From NCBI GenBank assembly GCA_034111145.1, contig JAWUXU010000019.1:3123-67122 (forward strand): a stretch of 64,000 bases of DNA. Reading direction: 5' to 3'. Below, in pieces: positions 19,937-30,015 of this stretch. Origin of the DNA: Paraglaciecola sp. (GTDB taxonomy: Bacteria > Pseudomonadota > Gammaproteobacteria > Enterobacterales > Alteromonadaceae). The notes beneath the pieces were generated by a model. It saw only the letters and a list, made by a program, of their open reading frames with translations. It was not told the DNA's origin and did not search any database. Numbering within the stretch: position 1 is the first letter of the stretch; every line of letters starts with the position of its first letter. The position numbers and the translations under genes are program-made.

Positions 19937-21028
19937 CTATTTCCAATTGAGTAACGCGGCTTGTACCGCTGCATCGGGTTTCATAGTAGGTACAGCAAAG
20001 CCTGTGCCAACACCTTTCTTTAGCTGTTGTGATAGCTGTTTTGGATCAATGTCCTGCGCATCAAATTGATAATCTTTAGATACCCCGATCTGCTCACACC
20101 AACTGCAACATTTTTGGTGATAATTAATTGATAACGCTGGAGTATTTGCCATAAATGACATAATTGCTGAGTGTAACCTCATTGATACTGTTGCCTTAAA
20201 ACTGGCAATGCGTTGTAATACTTTAAATGGGTTAGGATCGTAAGTAATGTGGGTCATAACGACATCACTTGAAACACGCGACATTATTTTTTGATGGATG
20301 CAAAAATCCCCAAATTGCGAATGATTATTAAAATCCAACAAAAAAATTGGCTCTTGGGTTTGTTGCCAAGTTTGTTCTATCGCAGTCACGGCCATGTCGA
20401 TACGTTTTTGCTCATTTTCACTGTTCACCTTGCCAAAAGGATCTACGGCTTGCTGGCAAAAATTAAACATAATCCCATTACGTTCTATATCTACTAAACG
20501 GTTAGTTTGATGGCAGAGCAATAGTGGTGCGAGATCGAACGTTAACTTTACATTAGCATTAGGTGCGATAGTTTTAGCAATAACTAGACTTTCTGGATCT
20601 CTTATACCAGTGAAACTGCATTCGTTAAGAAACTTGGCGCAGGCTTTTTCTGCTTCAAGCGATTCAAATGGGCCAATACCCACACCCACAGCTCGGCTGG
20701 ATTTTCGCCCTGCTAATTTAAGAAGATGACGCTTAAATTCTATATCTTTGCTGCTATGCAACACTGATCCACCACCAAATATCACTTTCTCACTTTGTAA
20801 CGCATTCTTATAATGCGAAAATCGCTGATGACCACGAAAACATGACTCAGGCATAGATTGAATATCGCCAAATTCTTCGCATTTAATCAAACCAGCACTG
20901 CTGACTTTGTTATGGGTCGCACCCAGTAAATGGTGGCTGGCCCAACGTGTGGCATATAAAAGCGCATCATCACCGGTGTTCTGCATGCCGTAATAACCTG
21001 TTAGGTAAGCATGATATTGTTTAAACAT
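19937..21028 (-). CDS. Polysaccharide pyruvyl transferase family protein
   Basis: GYYGMQNTGDDAL, FGGGS, GVGIGP, IRD and SMRLHS motifs. Confidence 0.9.
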   Translation of the reverse strand: MFKQYHAYLTGYYGMQNTGDDALLYATRWASHHLLGATHNKVSSAGLIKCEEFGDIQSMPESCFRGHQRFSHYKNALQSEKVIFGGGSVLHSSKDIEFKRHLLKLAGRKSSRAVGVGIGPFESLEAEKACAKFLNECSFTGIRDPESLVIAKTIAPNANVKLTFDLAPLLLCHQTNRLVDIERNGIMFNFCQQAVDPFGKVNSENEQKRIDMAVTAIEQTWQQTQEPIFLLDFNNHSQFGDFCIHQKIMSRVSSDVVMTHITYDPNPFKVLQRIASFKATVSMRLHSAIMSFMANTPALSINYHQKCCSWCEQIGVSKDYQFDAQDIDPKQLSQQLKKGVGTGFAVPTMKPDAAVQAALLNWK

Positions 21029-22289
21029 GTGATTCACCATTTCGCAAATTTTTAAAGGTCAGGCCAAGCCAGAACAAAGCAGGCCAATAAAGATAGGCAA
21101 GAATTTCTAAGTTTTCAAAAAAACTGTAACAGGTGAACACAACTAAAAAACACATAGCAGCACATGCCTGCACATTGTGGGCCGAGAATACAAATAGGTA
21201 GATAAGGCTTAGTAACATTGGGATTGCCAAAGCAAGTAACCCAACTAGCCCTTTAACAAAAAGCAAACCATACCAAGTATGGTGTGAGCCTATTGGCATA
21301 AATTCGACCAGTTTAGGTCCCGATTCAACCATGCCATGGCCCCATATTAGCGCTTCATCACGCCAGCGTTGTAACGCCAAGTTTTCTAAGGCTGCACGTA
21401 CTCTGGTTGATGCGGGGCGGGCTTCTTTAACTTGTTGAAAGGCATCCATCACCCCTTCGTAAATAGGTTCACCCAATAACAAAATAATCGGTAACAGAAA
21501 ACCTAGACCAAGCAATAACCATGGGTTTTTCAACAGACGAGTAAACAAGAACAACGGTATTATCATAATGAAAATTGCCCAGCCTGCTCGTGACTGAGAC
21601 AACAATGCCATCGTCACACAACCGGCTATACCCCAATTTCTCCATAATATGTCTTTTTCTTGTAAGCAGAAAATCACAAAAATGCAGCTCAAAAATCCAG
21701 CAGCGGTTGCCCACGGTGCAAAAAACTGCCAGCGACCAGCTCCTGTCTCTGGGTTTAATCCGTATAAACTAACCATAAAGAAGTTATCACCTGCCCCACC
21801 CAAAATATGTAATGGAGAAATAAATAACTGCCCGGGTAAATTCGCCACATATAGGGCAATAGTTATTACACCAAAAATAGCGGTGTGTTTGCCTACAACA
21901 CATACGGCTCTAATGAGACTTTCAGGCTTAAGATCCACCACTGCCCCTAATAAAGGAAACAAACCCAACAAGGCCCAACCTTTAGCCCAACCCACTGTGC
22001 TTTTTATGGTTTGAAAGGTGCCTAGTGACCAATCGGCGTGACCTACCCACAAGCTAATTAACATTACCAACATACCAAGCCCCCATAACCACACAATCAT
22101 GGGTACTTGTTTGAAGCAATTTTCACCTTCAACAAAGGTCCGTAACACAACAAGACCTAGGACAGTCCAGCCTAATGCTGAGCCAGTAATGTATAACCCA
22201 CCAATTGCATAAATCGGATAGGTAAATATTAGGGCCCAACAAATTAACTTTTCTTCAAAAGTACCTTGATGATGCGTCTGCGATTGCAT
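21021..22289 (-). CDS. Wzy/O-antigen ligase-like polymerase (SypL-like)
   Basis: About 10-12 TM segments; SQSRAGW; IGSHHTWYGLLF (Wzy_C-like). Confidence 0.8.
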   Translation of the reverse strand: MQSQTHHQGTFEEKLICWALIFTYPIYAIGGLYITGSALGWTVLGLVVLRTFVEGENCFKQVPMIVWLWGLGMLVMLISLWVGHADWSLGTFQTIKSTVGWAKGWALLGLFPLLGAVVDLKPESLIRAVCVVGKHTAIFGVITIALYVANLPGQLFISPLHILGGAGDNFFMVSLYGLNPETGAGRWQFFAPWATAAGFLSCIFVIFCLQEKDILWRNWGIAGCVTMALLSQSRAGWAIFIMIIPLFLFTRLLKNPWLLLGLGFLLPIILLLGEPIYEGVMDAFQQVKEARPASTRVRAALENLALQRWRDEALIWGHGMVESGPKLVEFMPIGSHHTWYGLLFVKGLVGLLALAIPMLLSLIYLFVFSAHNVQACAAMCFLVVFTCYSFFENLEILAYLYWPALFWLGLTFKNLRNGESHV

Positions 22290-23635
22290 AACACTGTCAC
22301 TCCTGAAGTAATGAATAAGAAACCCACCAAACCTGCCACTAAACCTAGTTCTGTTATAGGACTGTGGATTTCAGTAGGAAGGGAAGGTTGAGTTAATAGC
22401 TGTAAAACAGGGTAAGAAGCAAACACATCGGCTTTACCCGCTTCAAGTCTAGCTGCGGCCGAAGTAAATATTGCCTCAGCTAAATCGAACTCACGCTGCA
22501 AACGGTCTAATACTGCTGACTCGCGGGCATAAATTTTAAGTTGATCTTTTAGGTGTAATTCAGAACGTTGTAAATCGGCAATCTGTGCTTTGATACCCTG
22601 CCCTTTGGCTGACGCCTCTATCAAATCGGCAAACATTTGAGCGCGCTTCGGGTTTGCTTCTAAATCTAGGCTACTAAAAACACTTGCCGCATGAGGTCCA
22701 GCGATGTTACTACTACGAGTAAGTAACGCAGAGCGAGCAGCTCGGTAACGTTGTAGCTCAGCAACGACTTTAGGGTGCCCTTCTCCCCAACGAGACTGAT
22801 ACTCAGACAAATGTGAGGTGCTAACGTCTAATTCTTTAAGTAATCCACGAAACTCTACGTCAGACTGTAAGATAAAAGCTTTGCCGGCTAAATCAGCCGA
22901 TACCCCTAAATTTTTGCCCAAGCCATAAACGTAGTCGCTTAAATTAGAGACGTCTGCATGTAAATAAAGTTGTTTTTCTTTGATGGTTTGTAAGCTGACA
23001 ACCAACAGATTGAATTGGTCTTGCGACACCAAAGACGAACTCTCTTGAAACCGCAATATATTGGCACGAGCTTCATTTAATCTAATCCGATATTCTTTGA
23101 GTACACCTTGAATGCTCTCATCTCGATGTGAGACTTCATCTGCTCGTAATCGGTTTAGCTCTTCCTGTAAGCTATAATAAAGGGCCCATGCTTTTGCTTC
23201 AGCTTGTTTAGCACTGGTGCCTGTGATGCTTATGGCCAAAATAGAAGTTTGTTCTGTTAGGTTGATTTTTGGCTGACCAAATTCTTCAGATGATAACGAT
23301 ACACTCTTACTGGCTAGATTTAACACACCAATACTTAACAGCATTTCCTTGTAATTGACTCTTGGGTTAAATCCACCAGCCGAAAATGGAGCACTGGTTT
23401 GAGATACCACTTGACCAACATTATCGATAATTACGCTAGACGATGCGCCAGTGCCTGGTAAAACTAGTTCCAAGTCACTTTTATAAACAGGAGCCTTATT
23501 CAGATAAAGCATCACCATTGAGGCAACTAACGAATAACCACAAATACACAATACTAAATGTGGCCATTTTACCAGACGATAAAACTGTGACCTGAGTCGC
23601 TGATAACTTGTTGGGATGGCAATAGGATAATGCAT
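22244..23635 (-). CDS. Polysaccharide co-polymerase / chain-length determinant (GumC/SypO-like), no kinase domain
   Basis: N- and C-terminal TM segments flank a coiled coil; WGEGHPKV; Pro-rich PSLP before the last TM. Confidence 0.82.
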   Translation of the reverse strand: MHYPIAIPTSYQRLRSQFYRLVKWPHLVLCICGYSLVASMVMLYLNKAPVYKSDLELVLPGTGASSSVIIDNVGQVVSQTSAPFSAGGFNPRVNYKEMLLSIGVLNLASKSVSLSSEEFGQPKINLTEQTSILAISITGTSAKQAEAKAWALYYSLQEELNRLRADEVSHRDESIQGVLKEYRIRLNEARANILRFQESSSLVSQDQFNLLVVSLQTIKEKQLYLHADVSNLSDYVYGLGKNLGVSADLAGKAFILQSDVEFRGLLKELDVSTSHLSEYQSRWGEGHPKVVAELQRYRAARSALLTRSSNIAGPHAASVFSSLDLEANPKRAQMFADLIEASAKGQGIKAQIADLQRSELHLKDQLKIYARESAVLDRLQREFDLAEAIFTSAAARLEAGKADVFASYPVLQLLTQPSLPTEIHSPITELGLVAGLVGFLFITSGVTVLCNRRRIIKVLLKKS

Positions 23636-23644
23636 AATAGTTAC

Positions 23645-24958
23645 CTAAAACAATAATGAAAATGGACTTAACACATCAACAATAGTGCGGGCGACATCGC
23701 GTAAATTGGTAATGTCCGAGTCGTAACAAGCAATAGCATCGTTGGGCATGACATAAGGGTTAATATCATCACGGTTGGCCTGTCTCATTAATTGCTCGAC
23801 AGAACGTTCGATTACTTGTGTTTGATTAGTGATAGGATGAATACTGGCTAAAATCACTTTACGTGAAGCATTAGTCCACTCCTTACCACCCACACAGTTG
23901 GCTGAAACTGCAGCTTGTAATAATTTTGTACCATAGGGTAAATTAGTTGAATATCGCCCTACTCCCGCACTTGAATTATTTTCTGCAGAATCAATCAGAT
24001 TAGACATAAAAACTCTAAAACGCTTAGGTGTAATTTGGCTAGGTCTAACTAAATGGGCTTGAAAACATCCCGTGCTAGGCACAATCACCTGATCGCCATC
24101 GATAAGCGGGTAATCTTTGACTGGCAAGCCAGACAATATGCCCGATAAGTCGACTTCAATCTGCCATCCTTGGCGAATTAGGATAACTTGATCGAGCTTA
24201 GCATCGGGTCTCGCACCATAGGCTGTTCGAATGGCTTCTGATAAGAGTCTTTTATTACTGTAATCACCTGAAGCAACTACTCTTTGGTCTATTTTCTTAT
24301 TTTCACGTGCACTGTTTATCCTGACCCTACCCGCTTGAAATACCGCGCCAGTAACCGGTACTTCTATTGCTGCTAAGTGTAAAACCTTAATATGCACTGT
24401 GGCGGTAGCAGGACGAAATATGTTGGCTTTGATTAACGCAATTTCTACCCGTTCTGACAATTCTCTTGGCGACATACCAGATGCATAGATGGGTTCAAGA
24501 ATGGGTAACGTGAGTAAACCTTGGTTGTCTAATACATAACTACCGTTAAATCCTTCTCCATACTCCATCATGATTTCAATCATATCTCCTGGGCTAAGTG
24601 GTAATGTGTTTCGTGCAGGGTTCATTTCTGAAGGTAATGGTGCTTGGCTTGGAGCAGAAGACAAAATAGGTTTATCAACACGATAGTTAAGCGACGCCGC
24701 AAAGTTTAAACGCTCATCACACAGTAATTGTGTAGCAAATACCTTACCCGGAGCACTCTGCTGAGTGAATAACTCGCCATTTGTGTTTTTAACCCCATAA
24801 AAACTAGAAGAAGAGTTTTCGATTTTTTGCAAGCTATGTTGCTGAGCGCAACCTATTAATAAACAAAGAACAAAAAAAATAAAAAAAGTACTCACCACTG
24901 TAGTTATTTTAATGTTTTGCATTAAATTGAATAGAATGGACTTCATCAAATACTCCAT
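23645..24958 (-). CDS. Wza-like polysaccharide export lipoprotein (SypC-like)
   Basis: Lipobox LLIGC; LSPGDMIEI...GLLTLP poly_export domain; VTGAVFQAG SLBB. Confidence 0.88.
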   Translation of the reverse strand: MEYLMKSILFNLMQNIKITTVVSTFFIFFVLCLLIGCAQQHSLQKIENSSSSFYGVKNTNGELFTQQSAPGKVFATQLLCDERLNFAASLNYRVDKPILSSAPSQAPLPSEMNPARNTLPLSPGDMIEIMMEYGEGFNGSYVLDNQGLLTLPILEPIYASGMSPRELSERVEIALIKANIFRPATATVHIKVLHLAAIEVPVTGAVFQAGRVRINSARENKKIDQRVVASGDYSNKRLLSEAIRTAYGARPDAKLDQVILIRQGWQIEVDLSGILSGLPVKDYPLIDGDQVIVPSTGCFQAHLVRPSQITPKRFRVFMSNLIDSAENNSSAGVGRYSTNLPYGTKLLQAAVSANCVGGKEWTNASRKVILASIHPITNQTQVIERSVEQLMRQANRDDINPYVMPNDAIACYDSDITNLRDVARTIVDVLSPFSLLF

Positions 24959-24996
24959 GACTAACCCCTAGCTTTTATCACTGATGTACTTGACTT

Positions 24997-25013
24997 TGCA
25001 GTAACTAGGCCAA
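24997..25013 (-). promoter_or_regulatory. Sigma-54 promoter of the wza operon
   Basis: Minus strand TTGG-CCTAGTTACT-GCA (GG-N10-GC), 38 nt upstream of the ORF. Confidence 0.75.
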
Positions 25014-25072
25014 GCGACATGAAATCATAACACACTGTTTTATATGGCTTTATATTTTAATTTCAATTGAAA

Positions 25073-25087
25073 TTTGCATTCTGCAAA
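25073..25087. promoter_or_regulatory. Enhancer box TTTGCA-TTC-TGCAAA (LuxO-box consensus); weaker second box at 25110-25122
   Basis: Perfect palindrome about 70 bp upstream of the -24 element. Confidence 0.7.
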
Positions 25088-25215
25088 GGTATTCGCAGCT
25101 ATTTTTGACTTGCTATATGCGAATTGCGAAAAAAATTGAGGGATAAAGCGAGGTAAATTTGCGATAAACAGACATGTGCGGGTAATTTATTTGTCGTCGA
25201 TTTTTATATTAGCAA

Positions 25216-25929
25216 CTAATACGCTCCTTTAGCCCGAATGACACAAGGTAAGGTTACTAGTAATATTTTAATATCATAGCCGAAGCTTTGTTGTTGAAGA
25301 TAACGATGGTCTAACGCGACTTGGGTATCAAAGTCGGTATCTGCCCTACCTGATACTTGCCATAAACCTGATAAACCAGGCATACCATTAAGACGACATA
25401 GCGCTGAGATAGGGTATGCATTCACCTCAATAGCTAAGGCAGGGCGGGGGCCAATTAATGCCATGTCACCTTTGACAATGTTGATCAATTGTGGAAGTTC
25501 GTCGATAGAAAACTTACGAATAAATGCACCAACTACAGAAATACGTGGATCATTTTTATATTTTTTACAAATACCGTCACGATCACTACTAATAGGGTCA
25601 GGTTCGGAATAACGAGGATCAGTTTTTAAATACATTGAACGAAATTTATACATTTTAAAGTGACGCCCATATTTACCGATTCGGTCTTGGCTAAAAAAAC
25701 AACTACCACTACTTTCCATTCGAATAAGTAGCATAGCCAGAAGTAATAAGGGTGATAAAATCAATATGCCAATCACGGCTCCTAAACGTTGTATAAACAT
25801 AGGAATACCGTTATGTTTGCCAGTATTTTTTACTCGCAGACTAGCAGTAAAGTTTTCGTTATTAGCAGTCATTTTTCTGGCATAAATATACTGATCGATA
25901 GTTGGACTTAAAATAATAGAATCAATCAT
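25216..25929 (-). CDS. Priming sugar transferase (WcaJ/SypR-like phosphoglycosyl transferase)
   Basis: FKMYKFRSM, DPRIS.VG.FIRKFSIDELPQL.N...GDM.LIGPRP, PGLSGLWQVSGR. Confidence 0.95.
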   Translation of the reverse strand: MIDSIILSPTIDQYIYARKMTANNENFTASLRVKNTGKHNGIPMFIQRLGAVIGILILSPLLLLAMLLIRMESSGSCFFSQDRIGKYGRHFKMYKFRSMYLKTDPRYSEPDPISSDRDGICKKYKNDPRISVVGAFIRKFSIDELPQLINIVKGDMALIGPRPALAIEVNAYPISALCRLNGMPGLSGLWQVSGRADTDFDTQVALDHRYLQQQSFGYDIKILLVTLPCVIRAKGAY

Positions 25930-25931
25930 GA

Positions 25932-27236
25932 TTAAAATCCTCGACTTGCGCGATTCAAAATAAAGGTACGGATCAAAAATAATGGGTTGCCAATCACGTA
26001 ACGTTTAAATTTACTTTTTGGCTCTTGTATTAGTCTCCACACCCATTCCATACCCAATTCACGCATCCACATAGGTGCTCTTGAAATATTTTTTGAGCAG
26101 AAATCAAACAATCCACCTACTGCTAATGCTGTGCGGCAAGTAAGTTTTGGAGCGTTGTCTTGTAACCACTCTTCTTGGACCGGTGAACCCATAGCTAAAA
26201 GTAAAATGCCTGCATTAGACTGATTGATTCGATTTACAACCTCTGTCCCTTCACAACGGTCAAAGTATCCATGTTCAGCCCCAGCGATACGCAACGCTGG
26301 GTATTGCTGACAAAGGATTTTTGCAGTGGCGATAGCGACTCCAGGTATAGCCCCAAGAAAGTAGATTGAAATTCCTTGAGCCTGAGCGGCTTCGCATAAG
26401 AAAGGCAACATATCTGTGCCATTGACATTATCTTTGATGTTAATACCGAGGGTTTTTGCGGCTAACCTTAAGCCAGAACCGTCTGCAAAACTGCGGTCAG
26501 CCTTGTTTAGGTTTACACCAAGCGCAGGATATTTGGCGCTTAAGTTGACTGAGTTAACATTCACAAAACAGCCTACCTTACAGCCCTTAACCTTTTTTTC
26601 GGTATTTATTAAGGACTTTTGTCCAGACATGACCCAGTCCACAGCATCATTCATAGTATCGTTGTTAATTTCCAACCCAAATAAATTAAAAGTCGCAGGG
26701 GTTGATAACTCAGACTTATTATTGCTGTATAACAATTTGGCTATCACAGCTTTTAATAATAGTGATAAATACCCTATTCGGTTGGCAGAAAATTGCTTTT
26801 CAAGTAATACCGTTTTCTCGATGCTGGCTAAACCACTAGCTTGATGCAAAGTAACTGCATCAAATAGGCCCGCAGGAATAAAATAATAAGGCTGTAAACG
26901 TGTTGATTGCTGTTTACTCAATTCAATGTCAACCGGCATACCACACAAACTAATGCGTTTGTTCAATACAGCCCATAACATAGGTAACCCCCTAAACAGA
27001 CCAGAGCTAAAGTACTGGTATTGCACAGGTCTACCAAGACAGTCTTGTTTACTAAAGTATTCAAAAACTGCTTTGCCTTTGACTAGAGATAAAGCAATAT
27101 TTAACACAAAAATTGGTAGGCTCACTAATAATAAACAAGCGCTAATTGGGCGATTAAGTTCTGCGCCTAAATAACGTTTTTGCTGGGTATCGACAACACG
27201 ACTTCTTACATGAAGTACAAATGGTTTAGCTGACAT
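25932..27236 (-). CDS. WecB/TagA/CpsF glycosyltransferase with an N-terminal degenerate sugar-transferase-like domain
   Basis: ADGSG, VNGTD, IYFLGA, AMGSPVQEEW, VGGLFDF, RAP.WMR..G.EW.WRL.QEP; about 180 aa N-terminal extension. Confidence 0.92.
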   Translation of the reverse strand: MSAKPFVLHVRSRVVDTQQKRYLGAELNRPISACLLLVSLPIFVLNIALSLVKGKAVFEYFSKQDCLGRPVQYQYFSSGLFRGLPMLWAVLNKRISLCGMPVDIELSKQQSTRLQPYYFIPAGLFDAVTLHQASGLASIEKTVLLEKQFSANRIGYLSLLLKAVIAKLLYSNNKSELSTPATFNLFGLEINNDTMNDAVDWVMSGQKSLINTEKKVKGCKVGCFVNVNSVNLSAKYPALGVNLNKADRSFADGSGLRLAAKTLGINIKDNVNGTDMLPFLCEAAQAQGISIYFLGAIPGVAIATAKILCQQYPALRIAGAEHGYFDRCEGTEVVNRINQSNAGILLLAMGSPVQEEWLQDNAPKLTCRTALAVGGLFDFCSKNISRAPMWMRELGMEWVWRLIQEPKSKFKRYVIGNPLFLIRTFILNRASRGF

Positions 27237-27326
27237 ATCGTTTTCCCTTCAATGTTGACTTTAATTTACTTAGAGTGTTTTATCTCTCTAAAATCAGCTC
27301 TCTTTAGGAGCCGTTATTAGTCACAC

Positions 27327-27343
27327 TGCGTATCTTGTGCCAA
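27327..27343 (-). promoter_or_regulatory. Sigma-54 promoter of the wecB-like / sugar transferase operon
   Basis: Minus strand TTGGCAC-AAGAT-ACGCA (TGGCAC-N5-..GC), near-consensus. Confidence 0.8.
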
Positions 27344-27597
27344 CTTCAAAAATAATTACAACGCTTTGTTAATAAAGGAATATTTTTTATGTATAGGGGT
27401 ATATATGAATATAATTTTCATTTTAAAATGCAAATCGATAATCTTTTTTATTACGAGAATACGCTAAAAGTGAGTGAGGTTTGAGGACTTGATTTATTGG
27501 CAACCTAATGTGCTGAATGGCTTGGCCTAGTCGAATTTTGGTCGACTAGTATTAGTCAAGCATGCACCCAAACGATGAGGTACTTATTTTGGTTTAC

Positions 27598-28329
27598 TTA
27601 AATACGGCGGAACTCAGAATAACGCTGCAACACTGATGCGGTTAGTTTAGTCAGTTTATCTTCATGATAATATAATTGGCTTTTTGTCTTAATAAAGACA
27701 TCACATTTTCTGAATAATTTAGTCAATCGAGCCAGAGCTTTGTGACTTAGGTTGAGCCATAAGTTTGTGCGTAAAGGTCCAAAACTAAAATGCCGAATGT
27801 AGTCGTTTAACTCTAGGTCGTAAGTATTGTTCCAACTCCGGTTTAGGGTGCTCACAAATTGACAATCTTTAGTGTATTGAATTATATGACCATTCTCACC
27901 CCAACCAACATCGTTTTCAGCCAATATTGGTTGATGCCTAGCGGTTATAATAGTCTTAAACAATCGACGTACCTTGCTATGATTTTTTATCAATATAACG
28001 CCTGAGTTGTATCGTCCACTGTAACTTTTTGCCAAATACAAATATTTTTCAGGCAATAACACACTGTTTATATTGGGCGTATGTGTTTGAATAAATGCAT
28101 CAGCGTCCACAAACAATACTGTATCGTAACCACTTTCTAAAGCTTCAACCATTAAGGTTAATTTTAACCAACAACACTCCACTCCGATAGAGGTGGCATA
28201 AGGGCGAGTGACAACCTGATATGCATAATTGTGTCGATATGCATAACGTTTATGTGACGCTATACAGTCTTTATACAGCCATTGGTAACCGTTCAGTGCA
28301 ATGCTAAATACCAGTACGTTGTTTTTCAT
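27598..28329 (-). CDS. Putative GT-A glycosyltransferase (GT34 / GMA12-MNN10-like)
   Basis: YA.RH.Y.Y, W.K, VLFVDADAFI, YNSGVILIKN, and a C-terminal IRHF. Confidence 0.65.
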   Translation of the reverse strand: MKNNVLVFSIALNGYQWLYKDCIASHKRYAYRHNYAYQVVTRPYATSIGVECCWLKLTLMVEALESGYDTVLFVDADAFIQTHTPNINSVLLPEKYLYLAKSYSGRYNSGVILIKNHSKVRRLFKTIITARHQPILAENDVGWGENGHIIQYTKDCQFVSTLNRSWNNTYDLELNDYIRHFSFGPLRTNLWLNLSHKALARLTKLFRKCDVFIKTKSQLYYHEDKLTKLTASVLQRYSEFRRI

Positions 28330-28376
28330 GACTTCACCACTTTGATACTAATTTCAGATGTTTTATATGGTGACCT

Positions 28377-28393
28377 AGCAAGAAGTAATCCAA
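28377..28393 (-). promoter_or_regulatory. Sigma-54 promoter of the GT34-like gene
   Basis: Minus strand TTGG-ATTACTTCTT-GCT (GG-N10-GC with TTGC at -12), 47 nt upstream of ATG. Confidence 0.65.
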
Positions 28394-29567
28394 TTTGCGT
28401 TTTGACAAAACAGCTGGAATCAAAGTTATTCTAAGAAATCATCCATTCAATTAGGGATTTATTTTATGTTGCATTGAAAATGCCAATCAAAAAAATTGGT
28501 TTCCGACCATAAAATAATACGAATTTGGCGTTATAAACCTTGCAGCAAGCACCGCAAACTTTATATTAGAACATGCAAACAAAGTGTAAATAACGAGTAA
28601 AATTACACTCTTTATGCACGAAGATATGTATTAAAAAACTTGTTTGGCTTTTTTAACTTTGACCCATAACATCCCTATACTTCAAAAGATAACATGGCGG
28701 AAGTCATTATAAGATTTAGAATTTACCTAGAAACCAAGACGATAATATCTTTAATAACGCGGTATTAACTATCAAATCGATGACATAGAGTGCCAGAGAA
28801 AAAATGAACCTGACTAAAACATGTTTTGTTAATAACAATAAGACAGACGGTGTATCTGACGTTCAAGAAAAATGTCCTGATGATTACTGTCGAACACATA
28901 TTAGCTATGTTCCTAGTCAAGATTGTTATGTGCTTTAGTTGACGAAAACAAGTAACATATCCTTGAAAACTAGGGGTTTTAATTATTTACTTATAATGAA
29001 ACACCTCTGTGCAGTTTAATGAGATAATCCAGCAATCAGATTTATACTCGATATTTTTTCGAAGTAAGTGGCAATAGATGAATCAAAAAGTAATAAATTT
29101 ACATTGTGATTAGTTAAAATTAAAAGCCTGTAAAGTACTTTCCTTCGTATATGTCCTCCATATAGAGGTCAATGTTAATAGTTACTGAAAACTGTTGGAG
29201 ATATTTCAGACATGGCTTTGGAGCGTGTTTCTCGCGTTTCACTTGGACAACAAATCAATATAAATTTCGGGCGTTTTATTATGTCTGGTGTAAGCAATAT
29301 CAATAAATAATCTGCTTTGGTATTTTTTCTTATAGTAAAAAAATTCATGATATAAACATAAACGCTACATATCATATAAATAATGCCAGTGTAATTGAGC
29401 AATATATTAGGTGAAATAAACATTGCATGAATATTATTGAGTACTATTGTTTTTGTACCTCTGATGATGTGTGTGAATATGAAAAATAGACTTTTCTCCT
29501 AGTAGAGGATGTTTTTCAACAATATTTATATATTGAGGATAAAAGCGACACGTTAAGGAGATATATA

Positions 29568-29972
29568 GTGAATGATGAATATACAATAACGAAGTCAACT
29601 ATGACGGTGCTTTGCGTCGACGATGAATTAGATATTCTTCAATCAATGAAACGTTTATTACATAAAAAAAACTACCACTTGTTGTTAGCCACAAGTGGAG
29701 TGAAGGCATTAGAACTTTTGCAACACAACGATGTTCATCTTATCATTTCGGATATGAGAATGCCTAGCATGTCAGGAACAGATCTGTTCAAGAAGATAGC
29801 CATATCTTATCCCGACAGTTATCGTATTTTATTGACTGGATATGCAAATATGGAGTCGTCAATAAACGCTGTAAATAATGGAGAAATTCACCGATATTTA
29901 CAAAAACCATGGGACAACGATGAGCTAATCAGTGCAATCGAAGAAGGGTTAAAAACGTTTGATAGAAGCTAA
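29568..29972 (+). CDS. Stand-alone response regulator receiver domain
   Basis: VDDE, SDMRMP, LTGY, KPWDN; RBS AAGGAG before the GTG start. Confidence 0.9.
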   Translation: MNDEYTITKSTMTVLCVDDELDILQSMKRLLHKKNYHLLLATSGVKALELLQHNDVHLIISDMRMPSMSGTDLFKKIAISYPDSYRILLTGYANMESSINAVNNGEIHRYLQKPWDNDELISAIEEGLKTFDRS

Positions 29973-30015
29973 CTAAAACCTATGTTTTGACAGAAGCTGA
30001 TAATTAGGCTGAAGA

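Noticed and set aside
29175-29423. 82-aa minus-strand ORF in the AT-rich gap
   Set aside because: No recognisable motif or RBS; composition is typical of non-coding AT-rich DNA.
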